Assembly: GCF_009914755.1 (NCBI RefSeq)
Contig: NC_060928.1
Source of the DNA: the human T2T-CHM13v2.0 reference genome, Homo sapiens
Length of the DNA stretch: 64,000 bases
Direction: 5' to 3' (one strand)
In this document: piece after piece, positions 13,500 through 27,422 of the stretch
How the letters are laid out: each line of letters opens with the position of its first letter
Numbering within the stretch: the first letter of the stretch is position 1
Notes under the pieces: model-generated
Databases searched by the model: none
Told to the model about the DNA's origin: nothing
Seen by the model: the letters and a program-made list of their open reading frames with translations, nothing else
Program-made: the position numbers and the translations under genes

Positions 13500-13864
13500 G
13501 GGCTACTCAGGCCAGCACCTGGGATCTTCTGTTTGACGGCTGGGCTCATGGTAAACTGGAATTCCAGGGAATTTTAGTGTCCCTGGAAGCAACTCTTAAC
13601 CAATGAATGGTGGGAACTGGTGGATAAATGCACCAGCTCCCTCATCCCTCCCCTGGGATAACTGATTTGTTTCTACACTGTTTCCTAGAGCGTCCCAGCA
13701 GGACTGATCCATTTGCCCACAGTAATAACTGGCTTGGCAATACACCTTTTCTTGGCTTCCTTCTTTTGCCTGACTCCCTGGCTGATAGAATCCCTCCCAA
13801 ATAAGCCACATGTACTCAATTCCACATCTCAAAGTCAGCTTCTGGGAAAACCCGAACCAAGTCG
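13500..13864 (+). mobile_element. ERVL solo LTR (LTR16-like)
   Basis: ccaatgaatggtgggaactggtggataaatgcaccagctccctc and 3' end aataagccac...cttctgggaaaacccgaaccaagtc. Confidence 0.7.
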
Positions 13865-14620
13865 TCAAGGTATTGAGTTCAACGGTGCAAAAGCATTCAC
13901 CTATTGCTGCCCATGCTTTTGTAAAAACTCAGAGAATGCCTTGTAAGCTTTTATGAAATGTCCAAAAATGTGTATTTGAGCAAGAACTATGTGACACATT
14001 TGGGTTGCAATCAAAAATATTTTGTGGCCACGTTATTTCACGTTATTTATTTGAAAACTCTGGCACATAGAATCGAGTTAGCCACACTCCCTAGAGCAGG
14101 GCACACTTTTATCATTGGTCTGTGTGTGCCCCCTCAATTGTTCTTAATAAATTTTTCTCCTTCATCCTCCGTCCTCACTCTTACTCCCTTTCCCCTCCAT
14201 AAGCCCTCTCTAATGTATCCCTAAAGAGTTTTTCTGGGACAGATATTCCCAGGAGTGGGCTGGTATGCCACCAGGAAATCACATACAGAATTTCACTCAC
14301 ACCGTCACTCTTGGAATGATGGCCACACCAGCTTACCCTCCTAACTGCAGTTCTTGTAATCTCACATCCTTGCCAAACTTTCACACTATTTGGCTTTCTA
14401 ACTTTCTAATGTTTTGCCTCAAAGTCATGCTTTTGTGCAAAAGAATATTAAATTCCTCCCTCGAAATGCTCACAAAAGAAAGCTGTTACACACATCTATA
14501 TAATCAACCCTTGATTGTTCAGGTGCCAAATGCCATTTTGTGGATTAGTTGGTTTCCTTATCTTCTTTCTCTTTTTCTATTCTCGGCCATCATCTTCATC
14601 ATTAAAAACAATGAATAAGG

Positions 14621-15060
<440 letters not shown>

Positions 15061-16886
15061 AGGGTCAATAGAGGACAGTCGTGGGAAAAAATGGAGGTTT
15101 AATCTTAAATTCATTTTATTAGTTATTAATGAAACTTATGTGTTGATTAAGGGAGAAAGTTGAAATTACTGGGTAAAAGAGTTTTTTACAAGTATATGGA
15201 TTGAATATTAGGAGTATGGTATTAATGCTATTTTTAAATCCTAGCATATGTTATTGTTATTGTGCACCAATTATACTGTATAATTTCTAAATGCAATATT
15301 ACTGTTACTTGTAGATCCATAATTACTTACACTAAAGACACCTTTGAGAATGTTTTGGATAAGTTTTAATATATTTGATTACATTATTTCTTTCTGAAGT
15401 TACCCCTTTCATCTCTTAGAGGAATTATACATAATTTGGCTAAATTTGTAATGATGAAGTATGACCCACACACTTATTCCTGTTTAACACATCTAATCCT
15501 ATAATCTTCTCTGGGTTCTTCTAGGTGTAATGCCTCTTCTTCTTTCGCAGCCTCTAGATCAACGAGTGCTAACAGCTGTGCGTTGCCTCTAGGTCTGTCA
15601 CAAAATTAGTCTTGTGATGAACTATGCAGGTTGCTTTATTGCTCCAGCGAACATTTTCATACACTAGGCCTTGAACTTTAAGGAGTATACATACATTATG
15701 TTCCATATGTCACTATTTAGTATAGTTGATTAGAGTACTCAATTTTCAGATTTTTGAACTTCATCCTCTTAGGATGCGCTAAATAAAAAATTTTATCCTT
15801 TCCTTCATTTTTCTCTCACAATGAGTATCAGAAATTTTTGCACTGTTTCTTAAAATGTGAATACCTAGATACAAAAACTTCAGCTTTGTAAAGAGCTACT
15901 GTAGCAGTACTTTTTAAAAAACGAATAAGTAAAATAATCATGAAGTTTTGGCCCAAGTGGTATTCTAGATCTCAAGGGAAACTAAAACCAGCTTTCATGT
16001 TAAAAAAAATCAATAAATTTTATTACTAGAAAATTTGTATTTATATTAATTTAGGCCACAAACTTTCTTTCCTGACATAAAACATTTCTTTATTTGTAGG
16101 AAAGTTTGTAAATTGTAAATTATTACCAAACAGATTTGTTTCAAAAAATAAATATTTTAATTTTTTTGAGCTTTCTGATTTTCTACAATGCTTTTGTCAT
16201 TTAAATGACAAATACTGTAATTTATATGACAAATACTATAATCAAGGTAAAAAAAGAAACAGATGCATATTTTCCTAAGCTGTAACATTATTATTTATTA
16301 ATTAATTAAAATATTATTAATATGTAAAAAAACTAGAGACATTTTAAAAAATTAAAAATGATTTAAAGAGCTACTCCTTATTGATGAGGAAATGAAAAAA
16401 AATTCAATTTACTAAGATTCTATTCTGTGATCTTTACTACAGAAACTATGTTAAATTAGTACCATAAAGTTACCTGTTTCAATGTTTCAGGAAGGACACA
16501 ACTTTAAATATTAAGATAACAATAACAAAATTATTAGTAAAACATTTTAAGTTTTTGTAATTCCCCAAGTATTAAAACATATTTTTATAAACTACCTAAA
16601 ATGCTGTTTTCCAAGTAAGGCTATTTCCAAGTAACTATTCAAAATAAGATCAGATATGGAATATATTTTTATACTATGCCTTAAGATTATATAATAATTC
16701 TGAATAAGACATTTTCTATACAATTTGTAAATAAATACATATTTTAAAATTAGAAAATATTATTTCCTTTTAATGGTTTTAAAAAACCCTTTCTTTTGCA
16801 CATCAGACACTGAATATTTTGAATATTACTTAGCAAAACTTATGAAATGAAAATAAGGTAGGCGCTGTTTGTGTACTAGTGGAAGA

Positions 16887-16906
16887 GTGTGTGTGTGTGT
16901 GTGTGT
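16887..16906. repeat. (GT)n microsatellite
   Basis: About 10 GT units read directly. Confidence 0.85.
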
Positions 16907-17789
16907 GGAGGGTAATGCTAAATAGAAAGAGGTCTGAGCCACAACAGTTGGGGGAAATGGGATCTGTAACAGCTGCTCCTTTTAGATTCCCCAAGAAAGA
17001 GACTGCCTGAGGTGGGCCACAGGACAAAAGGATAAAGCAGATGAAAACTCTGATGTAAAGCAGGAAAATGACTGCTGAGACCGCTGAGCCTACACCTTGA
17101 ATCATCTCAAGCTGAGTGGCGAGCCCTCTTTAGCATGCCTTAGAAGCTGGTGATGAACTACACACGACCAGGAGGCAAACTGGCTGCAAGCAGGCTTGTC
17201 TGCATGTTATATATTATGATAACCAGCCATCCTCTGGGAGAAGGGGCCATGATTTCCTCTCTGGCAGCATCTGAGCTCCCCTCAGTTACCCAGACCATTA
17301 AACCAAGGATGGAAGGGTAAATTTTAGGTAAGGATTTCTAACTGGTGAGTAAAGACAACTTCTGTTTAATGGGCAATGAGTAGCTCTATGTTTAAAGAAA
17401 GAAATAACTCAATTTTTAAAAAATAAATGTCATATTTTTAACTCAAAGAGAAGTTATTAACAAATTAATAATAAAATATTTTTCACAAAATGTTGGTTTA
17501 TCTTCTTTCCATTATATAAAAATATGTGCCAATACAAAGATAAATTTAGGTACTACGTAATGTACATATCATAAATAGTAAATTACAATTAAGAATAAAG
17601 TAAGAATGAAGTAGAGACTTTGAATGCATGCTCAATAAATACTACCTACTACAGTATCATTGCTATCATTATCCAGTTATAGTTACATCAATCTGTAGTG
17701 ATAATGGTATCTTACAGTTGAGAACTGTTTATAATTTAAAGTGTAAACACACATTTTTAAATTTTGGTCTTCACAAAGACACAGTGAAG

Positions 17790-17935
17790 CTGCCATTAGT
17801 ATTGTTATTTCACAAATGAAACTGAGCCTCCAAGAAGTTAAGTGACTAACCTAAGGTCACACAGCTAGTGCATGGCAGACAGGACTGAAATCCATGTCTT
17901 CCAGCTCCAAGGCTCACGTGCTCTTTCTGTACCAC
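17790..17935 (-). mobile_element. MIR
   Basis: gaaactgagcc...gttaagtgactaacctaaggtcacacagctagt. Confidence 0.75.
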
Positions 17936-18259
17936 AGTTACCTCTGATATGAACATTGTACATCCAAACCTACAGCCATTTCACATATTTGGCCACTTAT
18001 AATTAGAATGCCATTGCTATGTATGACTTGACCTATATTCCATTAAAATGCTCTTTTTCATGTAATATATGTACATCAACTTCTCCTTCCAACACTTTTA
18101 ACTGTGTAGACTTTACCAATACATTTAACATTTGTTCCTATGCTAACTAGGGGTTTGAGAATACCGTAGGTCTAGAGCAGAAGCCCGACATTGTGATTTC
18201 ATAGATGTATGATCATCTAGCACTTCGGAAAAAATATTTTATGTATATTAATAGTAACA

Positions 18260-18490
18260 TAATAGTTTTAGTTATCTGCGTGTTAAGCCCCATGCTACAA
18301 ATTTCAGACATATATTCTTCCTTAACTCTCACAAGGCTGTCCTGAGTTAGAGTAGGATTATCCGCATCTTACAGAAGAGGAAACTAATGTTCAGAAAGGT
18401 TAAGTCAGTCACTTGTTCAATGTCACATGGTGAGGTGGTAGCAGATCTGGGATTCCATGCTTGATTAGTTTGATTTTAGAGCCCATCAAT
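18260..18490 (-). mobile_element. MIR
   Basis: ttacagaagaggaaactaatgttcagaaaggttaag. Confidence 0.65.
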
Positions 18491-19659
18491 TAATGATGTT
18501 GTTGTCCTCTCACTCCAAAGAGTTGATAAATGTACTCTCTAAAAAGCATTTTGAGAGTGCCTTATCTGAGAAATGCTAGTACTTACTGCCTTTACTTCAT
18601 ACAAATGTCTAACGATCAAAGATTTGATAGCAGATATGAGCACCTATATGCATTCCAGGAAACTCTAATGTCATGATGTCATATTAAACGGGCCCCAACT
18701 GTCATCTACATGCAGCCAGGAGATGATAGGGAAGAGTGAGAATGCAGACATGAAGAAGCCATTGCTCTTGTAGACAAACTGATTCAAACTACAGATAGAA
18801 TAAATGGGGTATCCATCAGAAGATTCATCCTATTATTATATCCTGCAGACATTCAGAACTCTAGAGCTGAAGTATGGGAAATGACACAGAAAGGACCCAA
18901 AGGAACACTGAGTCTCAGACATCCTCTCTCTTGATTCCTCCTTTGCCTTGGTTTCTTTGTTCTCATTTCCTTCCCCTCTTGTTTATTATTTTTTATTTAC
19001 ATTTTTTTCTTCTGACATACACTTTTCAAGAATTTCTTACATATAGTGTAAGAAAATCTAAAAAATGATTAATGCAAGTGTATTTGCTTGCCTTGCCTTT
19101 CCCAGACTATGAATTCTGGCATAACCCATTTGACATTCCTTTTTCTCTCAAACCAGCGTTATCCCTACTGGGTTCTATTACGCACATAACAGTTATAATT
19201 TTTCAGAGGAATGGGTTGTGCAAAGTAGAGATAAGACTGCTGAAAGAGTCAAGATTTATTGACCTGAAAGAGAAAAGAAGGCAGGAGAGAGAAGAGAGAG
19301 GAGTGATAACCACATAGAAGTGGAATACAGGGTGGGAGTTTTGGGTTTAGGGAGTGACATAAAGATATGGGCTTCTGAATATCCTGTGATAGACAAATTT
19401 AAAAGTTAGAGAAATAGAAGGAAAGAGGATTTTAAGAAATAATGGTGCTGTGAGTTAAGATCATCTCTTTTACTGTTCTTTAAGGGTAATTAAGTAGAAA
19501 TTAAAATTACTTTTAGTTTAGAATGCTGGATTTCTTTTCTTTTAATATGTCATCATACAAAGACTGAGCCATGGAGAACTCTGAGATTTATTTGGGTTGC
19601 ATAATGGTTTCAGCAGTAGACAGAAATGTGTCTTCACTTATTAAAGTGACCAAAGAAGA

Positions 19660-19885
19660 GATTAGTTTTCGGTTTGTCAGTATTAAATCTGCCAAGGTAT
19701 TTGCATATCAGCTAGATTATCACTTGATTTAAGAGCCCACTGCTATAAACAATGGGTTGACTTTTAAAAGAGAGGTAAACTATATACAGAAAGCAACTAA
19801 ATGGAAACAACTGTAAGAACTCTCTCCCCCCAAAACTTTCTGTCAGCTAAACATTACAAAGCAAATAAATCATTGATAGAAATTG
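19660..19885. promoter_or_regulatory. Candidate enhancer (Oct/Sox/Pbx-Hox/Meis motifs)
   Basis: ATTTGCAT 19699, TGATTTAA 19725, AACAATG 19748, CTGTCA 19840, ATAAATCAT 19865, all within about 220 bp of apparently unique sequence. Confidence 0.35.
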
Positions 19886-20049
19886 TTTCTCATACAGTAT
19901 GGCTTTATCTTTGCTTACATTTATTGAGTTGAAAAAATGTATTACTTTAGTGAAACACTAAGGATATATTATTTTACACACATGATACATATCTTCCATT
20001 GTTAATAAATATATATCAAATAAAAATTTTTGGAATATTTTTTCTGATA

Positions 20050-20396
20050 CAGTAGCTCCTCCTTATATGTGGGGAATATGATCCAAGACCCCCAGTGGAT
20101 GCCTGAAACTTCAGATAGTATTGAATCCTATATTCACTGTTTCTTCCTATACAGTCATAGGCAGGCAGCATATACAGCATGGATACTCTCAATGAAGGAT
20201 ACTCTCAATGATTCATGTCCCAGATGGGACAGAGTGGAACAGCACGAGATTTCATTGTGCTACGCAGAATGGTGCATAATTGAAAACTTACAAATTTTTA
20301 TTTCCGAAATTTTTCCATTTAATATTTTCAGACTGCGGTTGACCACCACCAACAAACCGTGGGAAGTAAAACCTCAGATGAGGGAAGACTATTTTG
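20050..20396 (+). mobile_element. MER44-family (Tigger7-derived) MITE
   Basis: ta|cagtagctcctccttat...ccaagacccccagtggatgcctgaaac; decayed inverted terminus gatgagggaagactattttg|ta. Confidence 0.8.
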
Positions 20397-21860
20397 TATT
20401 ACTTATTTGCATTTTTCTATGTGATGCTACTGGTGAGGCTGGAGATATAGGTCAACCACATCTACAAGTTAACACTAATGTTAGAAGCATTCTAAACTGT
20501 TACAAAGATGCTAATGTATGTAAACATAGAGATGGCTACTGCTTTGTATATGGAATAAATAATAGTAATGGGGTGAATCCTGTATTTTAAAAGCAAATGA
20601 AATATCAATCTGTTGAATTTTGTTTTCATAGTATCATTTTTAAGTTAAATTATTGCAAAATAATAGAAAGCAAATAATTCTCTGCCTGTTTTAAAGATTG
20701 AATAAAGTTGGTGTTCCTAGAATCATTAAGTGAATTGATATATTTAGGGAGAAAGGAAATTCATACATAAAAACGAACGGCTAAGAGAGGCCATTCCTTT
20801 TCCTTAAAATAACTTTACGTTGGTATGTGGCTGGTCCAATTTTGCACAAGACCTTAGATGTGATTCTTGGTAAAATATTTTTCTCTTTCAAATCTTAGGA
20901 CCTTATAATATACCTCTTAAAATTTGGAATTTACCCTACTTAGAACATTTACAGGTCTAATTTGATGATGGCCAAAGGGAATTATGTTTTCCTTCCCCAG
21001 CACATGGCATATGCAGGTAGCATTCTCCTCGTTAAATGTCAGGGTCTCTATGACCCCTTGCACAGATTTATTAGTGTAACTATTTTTTCTCTTTACCAAA
21101 TACTCTTTCCTTACTAGTAGGTGTTTCAGTCCTAAATAAATCTATTATTTGTTTTTAGTTTAGCTGTATTCTATCATTCAGTAAAGAGCCCTTTATCAAC
21201 AAGGAATGAATCACCAAAGTTTTATTCATATGCTTGTCTGCACATTCTTCTATGACTGTATTAATACTTTACTGATAAATTAAAGCCTTTCCATTAAGAT
21301 ACATTAGCAAAATTTCAAAATCCCTTCTATTTCAGATTAATAGAACTATTATTGATTGGGAATATTCACTTGTGTTTATCCAAGTTTCTTTGAAAAAAAA
21401 AAGTAAAAATATTTAGATAGATGAATAACATTATTGGAAGGGAGAAAATTATGAGAGGTAGAAGTTGAATCCAGAGGCAAGACACTGAGAATTTGAAAAT
21501 ATTCCAATTCATCAATTTGAAATACAAGTGAGAAGATAAAATTGTATATAGAATTAATGACAACAATTAAAGATAGACTGAATACGAAAAGGAAAGGAAA
21601 ACGCTAAACCTAACACGACAAAGCTGTTTCTGAGCCTTCTTACCTCTCTTCACAGCTACACTATGACAGGACCATCAGTAGTGCTTTAAAACAGGTGAAG
21701 ACAATGTTGGTAACACTATGCAAGGTGGGAAAGTAGAATAAAAGAGGATCTCGAAAGAAAACTTTAAAAAATATATGTTGAATATTTACTTTGTGATTAC
21801 ATAACTGGTTAGATCTCCAATCAGGGAATCGATCCTACATATTTATTTATATTTTATCAT

Positions 21861-21889
21861 TATATATATATATATATACATATACACAC
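21861..21889. repeat. (TA)n/(CA)n microsatellite
   Basis: Read directly. Confidence 0.75.
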
Positions 21890-22449
21890 AAAATATATTC
21901 ACTAAATAAGGAGTGCTCTCTCCTGCTATAGATTTCTAATAGAAATATTGTAAGCTAGAAGGAATGCCATCACAGAAGACCCTGCAGATAGGAAGATATG
22001 TTGAAATTTGCAAGCAGATAATGGATCACTTATGTAACATCGTTACTTTCATCAGGTCCAGAAAGAAAAAAGTAAAAGGAGATTCAATTGAAAATTTGAA
22101 GAATGTCCTTTTAACGCAAAGGAAATAGAAAAAGTGTCTAAGATAGGACACTAAGGAGAGTGAAAAGACATTGCCTTCAAATCTGAAGTCAAAGCAAAGC
22201 TCTGTTCAAATGTTGTGCTTGGCTTCTGCAAGTCTACAGTTCTGGGTGTGCTGTGTCCAAGAAGCCAACAATATTCTTCCACAAATATTCTGTCAAAATG
22301 TAGGCTCTGAAGAAAGTCCCAGGCTTTTCCCAACTGCAAAGGCTACTGGATGATAGCAGTGAGCCTGAGGGCTGGAATACGCCCTTGCCTAGTTTCCCGA
22401 AGCCTCTACTCTGGCTGGAGAATTAAATAACAAGAACCAACTAAACCTG

Positions 22450-22747
22450 GGCCAGGCGTGGTGGCTCACCACTGTAATCCCAGCATTTTGGGAGGCTGAG
22501 GCGGGCAGATCACAAGGTCAGGAGATGGAGACCATTCTGGCTAACACGGTGAAACCCCGTCTGTACTAAAAATACAAAAAATTAGCCGGGCGTGGTGGCA
22601 TGCGCCTGTAGTCCCAGCTACTCAGGAGGCTGAGTCAGGAGAATGGTGTGAACCTGGGAGGTGGAGCTTGCAGGGAACCGAGATCGTGCCACTACACTCC
22701 AGCCTGGGTGACAGAGCCAGACTCCGCCTCAAAAAAAAAAAAAAAAA
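22450..22747 (+). mobile_element. Full-length AluY
   Basis: AluY diagnostics gagaccattctggctaacacgg, gaatggtgtgaacc, ggagcttgcag; poly-A; TSD aagaaccaactaaacct / aagaattaactaaacct. Confidence 0.95.
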
Positions 22748-23071
22748 GAATTAACTAAACCTAATTCCAATCCAGGTACATTTACTGGAAATATCTGCAT
22801 AGAGTTCTCTCGTTCCAGCCCAAATCCCAGGATTTTGCAGTTTGCAAAAATATGCAGTTTGCATGTCTGTTTCTTTTAGAAATACCTGGTATGAAACCAT
22901 CTATTCTATGTTCCCCTTGCCTTCCTGGATACTCCTGCTTAAGCTCTTTTGTACCTCCTCCTTCATCCAATTTGGCTCTAGGCCTTTTTCTTTCAACACT
23001 ATTAACTCTCTCTCTAGGAAATCTCATCCACTCCACAGCTTCAATTTGCTGAAAACATACAAATTTATAGA

Positions 23072-23678
23072 ATGTATTATGTTCTCCAGAGAAACAGAAG
23101 CAATAGGATAGATGCAAAATCTCTTTTAATCACCCTATGTAGCCATTTCTTAGGCCTGATGGAACAAACTGTGACAAACTAAATGTCTTAAAATAACAGA
23201 AATGCATTTCTCATAGCCTCTCATGTGTATATGAAAAGATTTGTTACTTATTGTAAGGTACTGGCTGCCGTGATTATAGAGGCTGAGAAATCCCACCATC
23301 TGCTGTCCATAAACTGCATGCCCAGGAGAGCTGGTGGTGTAGTTTGAAGGCCTGCAAACTGGTGAGTCAGTGATGTAGATTCAGACGGGGTCTGAAGACC
23401 TGAGAACCATCAGTGCTGACAGTGGAAGATCGATGTCTCTGCTCAAACAGTCTGGTCAAGTAAATTTGCCCTTCCTCTGCCTTTTTGTTCTATTGAAGTC
23501 CCCAATGGATTAAATGATGCCCATCCACATAGGGGAAGGCCATCTGCTTTACTCAATCCACCGATTCAAATGCTAATCTTCTCCAGAAACACCCTCAGAG
23601 ACACACCCAGAAATGTTTCGCCAGCTATCTGGGCATCCCATGACCCAGCCTAGTTGGCACATAAAATTAACTTTCACA
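23072..23678 (-). mobile_element. MLT2-family ERVL solo LTR, inserted in an L2 and carrying a foreign insert of about 100 bp
   Basis: gttctccagagaaacagaagcaatagg...ttggcacataaaattaactttcaca termini; L2-like sequence on both sides (about 22790-23050 and 23680-24000). Confidence 0.8.
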
Positions 23679-24105
23679 TATAATATTTCCACTCTAGACT
23701 TCTTTTTAAGCTCCAGACCCTCATATTTAACTGTCTACTTGAACTCTCCTTGAATACCTTTAAAACTCCTCCAATTCTACATATCCAAAATTGAACTCTC
23801 CATTTCCCTGCAAGCCTTTCACATTCCCTACCCCCGAAAACAACACCAGCATCCACCCAGTTCCACAGCCAGGAACTCAGGGCCCATCTTCGCACCTCTG
23901 TTTCCCTCACCTCCTATACTTAGCCTGTTACCAAGTCCTTTATAACTTTTGAATCTGTCTAATTCCTTCCATCTTCACTATTACTGCTCAAGTCCAGAGA
24001 CTTAGATTAGAAAAAATAAAAAAATAATAATTATTGAAGGTTTATTATAAACCAGGCAGACAGTCTTTTAAAACTTTACATAAATTATCTCTTATTATCA
24101 CCCTA

Positions 24106-24565
24106 TGTATTAGTTCTCTAAGGCTGACATAAAAATTACCACAAACTAAATGACTTAAAATAATAGAAATATATTCTCTTCTAGCTTTGAAGGCTACAAG
24201 TCTGAAATCAAGGCATCAGCAGGGCTGTGATCTTTTTAAAGGCTGTAGGAGAGGATCCTTCCTTGCCTCTTTTATCTCCTGGCGGTTCCAGGGATTCCTT
24301 GACTTGTGACTGTATCACTGCACTCTCTGCCCTTGTCTTCACATGGTCTTTTCCTCTGCACATGTGGCTTCCTGTCTTCTGTTTCAAATCTTCCGCCTTT
24401 TTCTTATAAGAATGTTTGTCTTCATATTTAGAGCCCACCTAGATAATCCAGAATGAGCACTTCATCTCAAGATCTTTAACTTAATTACCTCTGCATTCAC
24501 AGGTTCCAGGGATTAGGAAGTAGATTTTTTTTTTTTTTAAGGGGAGTAACATTTAACTCACTACC
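24106..24565 (-). mobile_element. MLT1 (MaLR) solo LTR inserted in a MIR
   Basis: tgtattagtt...aagtctgaaatcaaggcatcagcagggc...cattcacaggttccagggattagg; MIR halves at about 24030-24105 and 24566-24690. Confidence 0.8.
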
Positions 24566-25026
24566 CTTTATGAAATAAGTACAGTTATTAGTCTCACTGG
24601 ATAGATGGGGCAATTGAGACTTAAAGAGTGTAAGGGATTTGCCCAGTGTCACACAGTTAATAGGTTGTAGGGACTTAAGCTTCACATATACTTTCAGAGA
24701 AACAATTTCAATACTCTTCTGAAAGGAGTAACAGCTTCAAGTAAAGTAGTTCATCCCTTGGATGTCAAATATTCCTTCTTCAATCTATTCATTACTAGAC
24801 TATCCTACACCACTAGGAATAGGATACACCAGCATTTCCACCTCTAGGAATCTATTCTATGGATAAATTTGTCACATCTGATGAAACTGTTCACTGCCAC
24901 ATCCTTTACAATAAAAGTTATGTGAAACAACCTTAATGCCCAGCAGTAGAAGATGTTTGAATCCATTATGGCACAGCCACACAATGGGATATCATGTAGA
25001 CCCCTTAAGATAAGGCTTGTCCAAAT

Positions 25027-25290
25027 TAACACAGGAACAGAAAATCAAATACCACTTGTTCTCACTTACAAGTGGGAGCTAAACCTTGGGTACTCATGGA
25101 CATAAAGATGAGAACAATAGACGACTAGAGGGAGGAGAGCAATGGCTGAAAAACTATCAGGTACTATGCTCACTATCTGGGTGACAGGATCAATCATACC
25201 CCAAACCTCAGCATCACAAAACATACTCAGATAACAAATCTGCACATGTACCCCTGAATCTAAAAGTTGAAATTATAAATAAATAAATAC
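25027..25290 (+). mobile_element. L1PB/old L1PA 3' end
   Basis: ttctcacttacaagtgggagctaaac...ccccaaacctcagcatcac...tgcacatgtacccctgaatctaaaag. Confidence 0.8.
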
Positions 25291-25292
25291 AA

Positions 25293-25540
25293 TGAGACTC
25301 GTCTATAGTTAATAATGGTATATTATATACTTGAAGTTTACTGAGACTAGATCTTACGTGTCCTCACACACATACAAAAGAGGTTAATATGGGAGGTGAT
25401 GGACAGGCCAACTAGTTTGATTGGGGAAATAATTTCCCAATATATAGATATATCAAAACATCACATTGTACATCTTAAATAGATGCAATGTTTATCTGCC
25501 AATCATACCTCAATAAAGCTGGAAAAATTAAAATAATAAA
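25293..25540 (+). mobile_element. L1MA 3' end
   Basis: ctatagttaataatggtatattatatacttgaa...tatcaaaacatcacattgtac...tacctcaataaagctgg. Confidence 0.75.
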
Positions 25541-27106
25541 ACTAGGCATGTCTATGCATTAGTATGGAAGAAATTCACTCAGGGTGCAGAACAGTGCATA
25601 TAAAATGCAACAATTTTCTAAATAACATAAAGGAAACATATATATGCACTTTATGATATTTGAATATATAGAATATTTTCAGAAAGATAAGCCAGAAACG
25701 TGTAACTGTGTTTGTCTCTGAGAAAAGAACTGTGAGACTGAGTACAGGGAAGGAAAGAAAATTTAGTTTTCATTGTGAATTTTATTGTATTGTTTGAATT
25801 TATTTTGTGCTTGCATTACTTGAGAGAGAAAGAATATCTATGAGCTAGTTTTCACCTAATTTTCCAATTTGACCTACAACTGAATCTCATCTTCCACCTA
25901 AGTCCTTGCTTCCCAACACACTGAGTATGTCCATGTTGAGTGTGTACGCATGTGTGCACACACGTATATTTGCTGTTCTATCATTGTGGACTCTCATGTT
26001 TTCTACATGTGTAAATCCTGTCTCTCAAAAACTTTTTTTTTGGTGCAGCCTCCCTGGTCTTCAGTGTTGGAACCAGCCACTCTTCCCTTTGCACTTAAAA
26101 AGCCCCTGTTCATCCTACTTTGAATTGTGGTTATGCTTGCAAGTTGTTTACCCTCATTAAATTAACCCCTCAAGAGAAGTGTGCATCTGGTTGTCTCTGT
26201 GTTCCCCAAGGTATCAGAAACAAAGTTTTGCTGAATGCTAATCATTAATTAAAAAATATTAAGCATAAGAGTCATCTAGGAAAACCTAAGTTTTCTATGC
26301 TATCCAATTGTAAGGGGGCTAGAGGAAAATATCTAGCCCAAATATAGGAATTCTACTTAGCAAAAAATATCTAAAGGAACAAAGAAGATCCCAAAAGCTA
26401 AAAATTAATCCAATATTGTGTATCACATTGGATTATTATAAGAGATGTAGGTGAAATGCTTTAAATACATAGTAGAGGTAAGAGAAGAAGAAAAAATGAC
26501 TTCAGTTATAATTCAGGAAAGATCGCTCTTGACATTTTTATTTGTTTGTTTTTAGCCAAACAAAACCTGGTTGCAAAATAGCCTAACAGTGATTTGATTA
26601 TACGGCAGGCTACTTCTCAGACTGAGACTAACACCCACCTCCACCTCTGTTGCCTCCCCACTACCTGCACTGAAGATATACATCAATGCAGCTCACTGTA
26701 TTTGCTTTATAACTGCATTTCTGTGTGTGCAAAATTTCCCAAATCATATTATAAAATGACTGTAATTTCTTTTTTGTTACTTACTTTTTACCATCACTTA
26801 AACCTATTTCCTCTTGTCCTTGTTGATATGGGCATATGGAGGGCCATATTACTCTATTTATTTAATTTTCACATATCCCAAAGCACTTCATAGTAATTGA
26901 TTACATACCACTGTACCTTCAATAAACAATAAAACCGATTTTTAAAATGCTTCTAGCATATTGCTATTCTGCTTTAATCTCAGTAAATAGGCACACCTAT
27001 GTCAGGCCTAACTCATTTCTATTGGCCTTGTAATAACATATAGGAAAATAAAATAAATATACTAAAATAAAAATTAAAAATGGCAGTGATTAAAAGTTTA
27101 GCTTAC

Positions 27107-27192
27107 TGTTAATGCTGTTTCATATTCCTCAGCAGCTAAGTGTGCTAAGCCCAAGTAGTAAGAGGCTTCCGCTTCCATCTTTTTGTCACTTC
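27107..27192 (-). CDS. TTC29: TTC29 internal coding exon (probably exon 8), 86 nt, phase 1-0; absent from the ORF track
   Basis: Acceptor ttttacatcttcacttcag|GAAGT, donor TTAACA|gtaagc. Translates (G)SDKKMEAEASYYLGLAHLAAEEYETALT, a TPR-type helix that continues the previous exon. Confidence 0.95.
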
Positions 27193-27422
27193 CTGAAGTG
27201 AAGATGTAAAAAAATTACCAAGTATTCAATAAATGATTTATTACAACAAACAGAATCCTTGCTTTTCAAGACAGTAGAAAATTATTTTTAAAAGTATGCA
27301 GTTTTATCAATAATCCCCAAAACCTAGCTATATACTGAAAAAAAAAGGCTGATGTAAACACAATTTACCTGGATCATAGATATTAAATTAAGATGCTTTA
27401 AGGATATAATTATATACCTCAT

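Noticed and set aside
16205-16242. 17-bp near-tandem duplication atgacaaatact(g/a)taat
   Set aside because: Common micro-duplication in very AT-rich DNA.
20069-20590. 173-aa ORF
   Set aside because: Runs through a non-coding MER44 MITE, starts at GTG, and has no recognisable domain.
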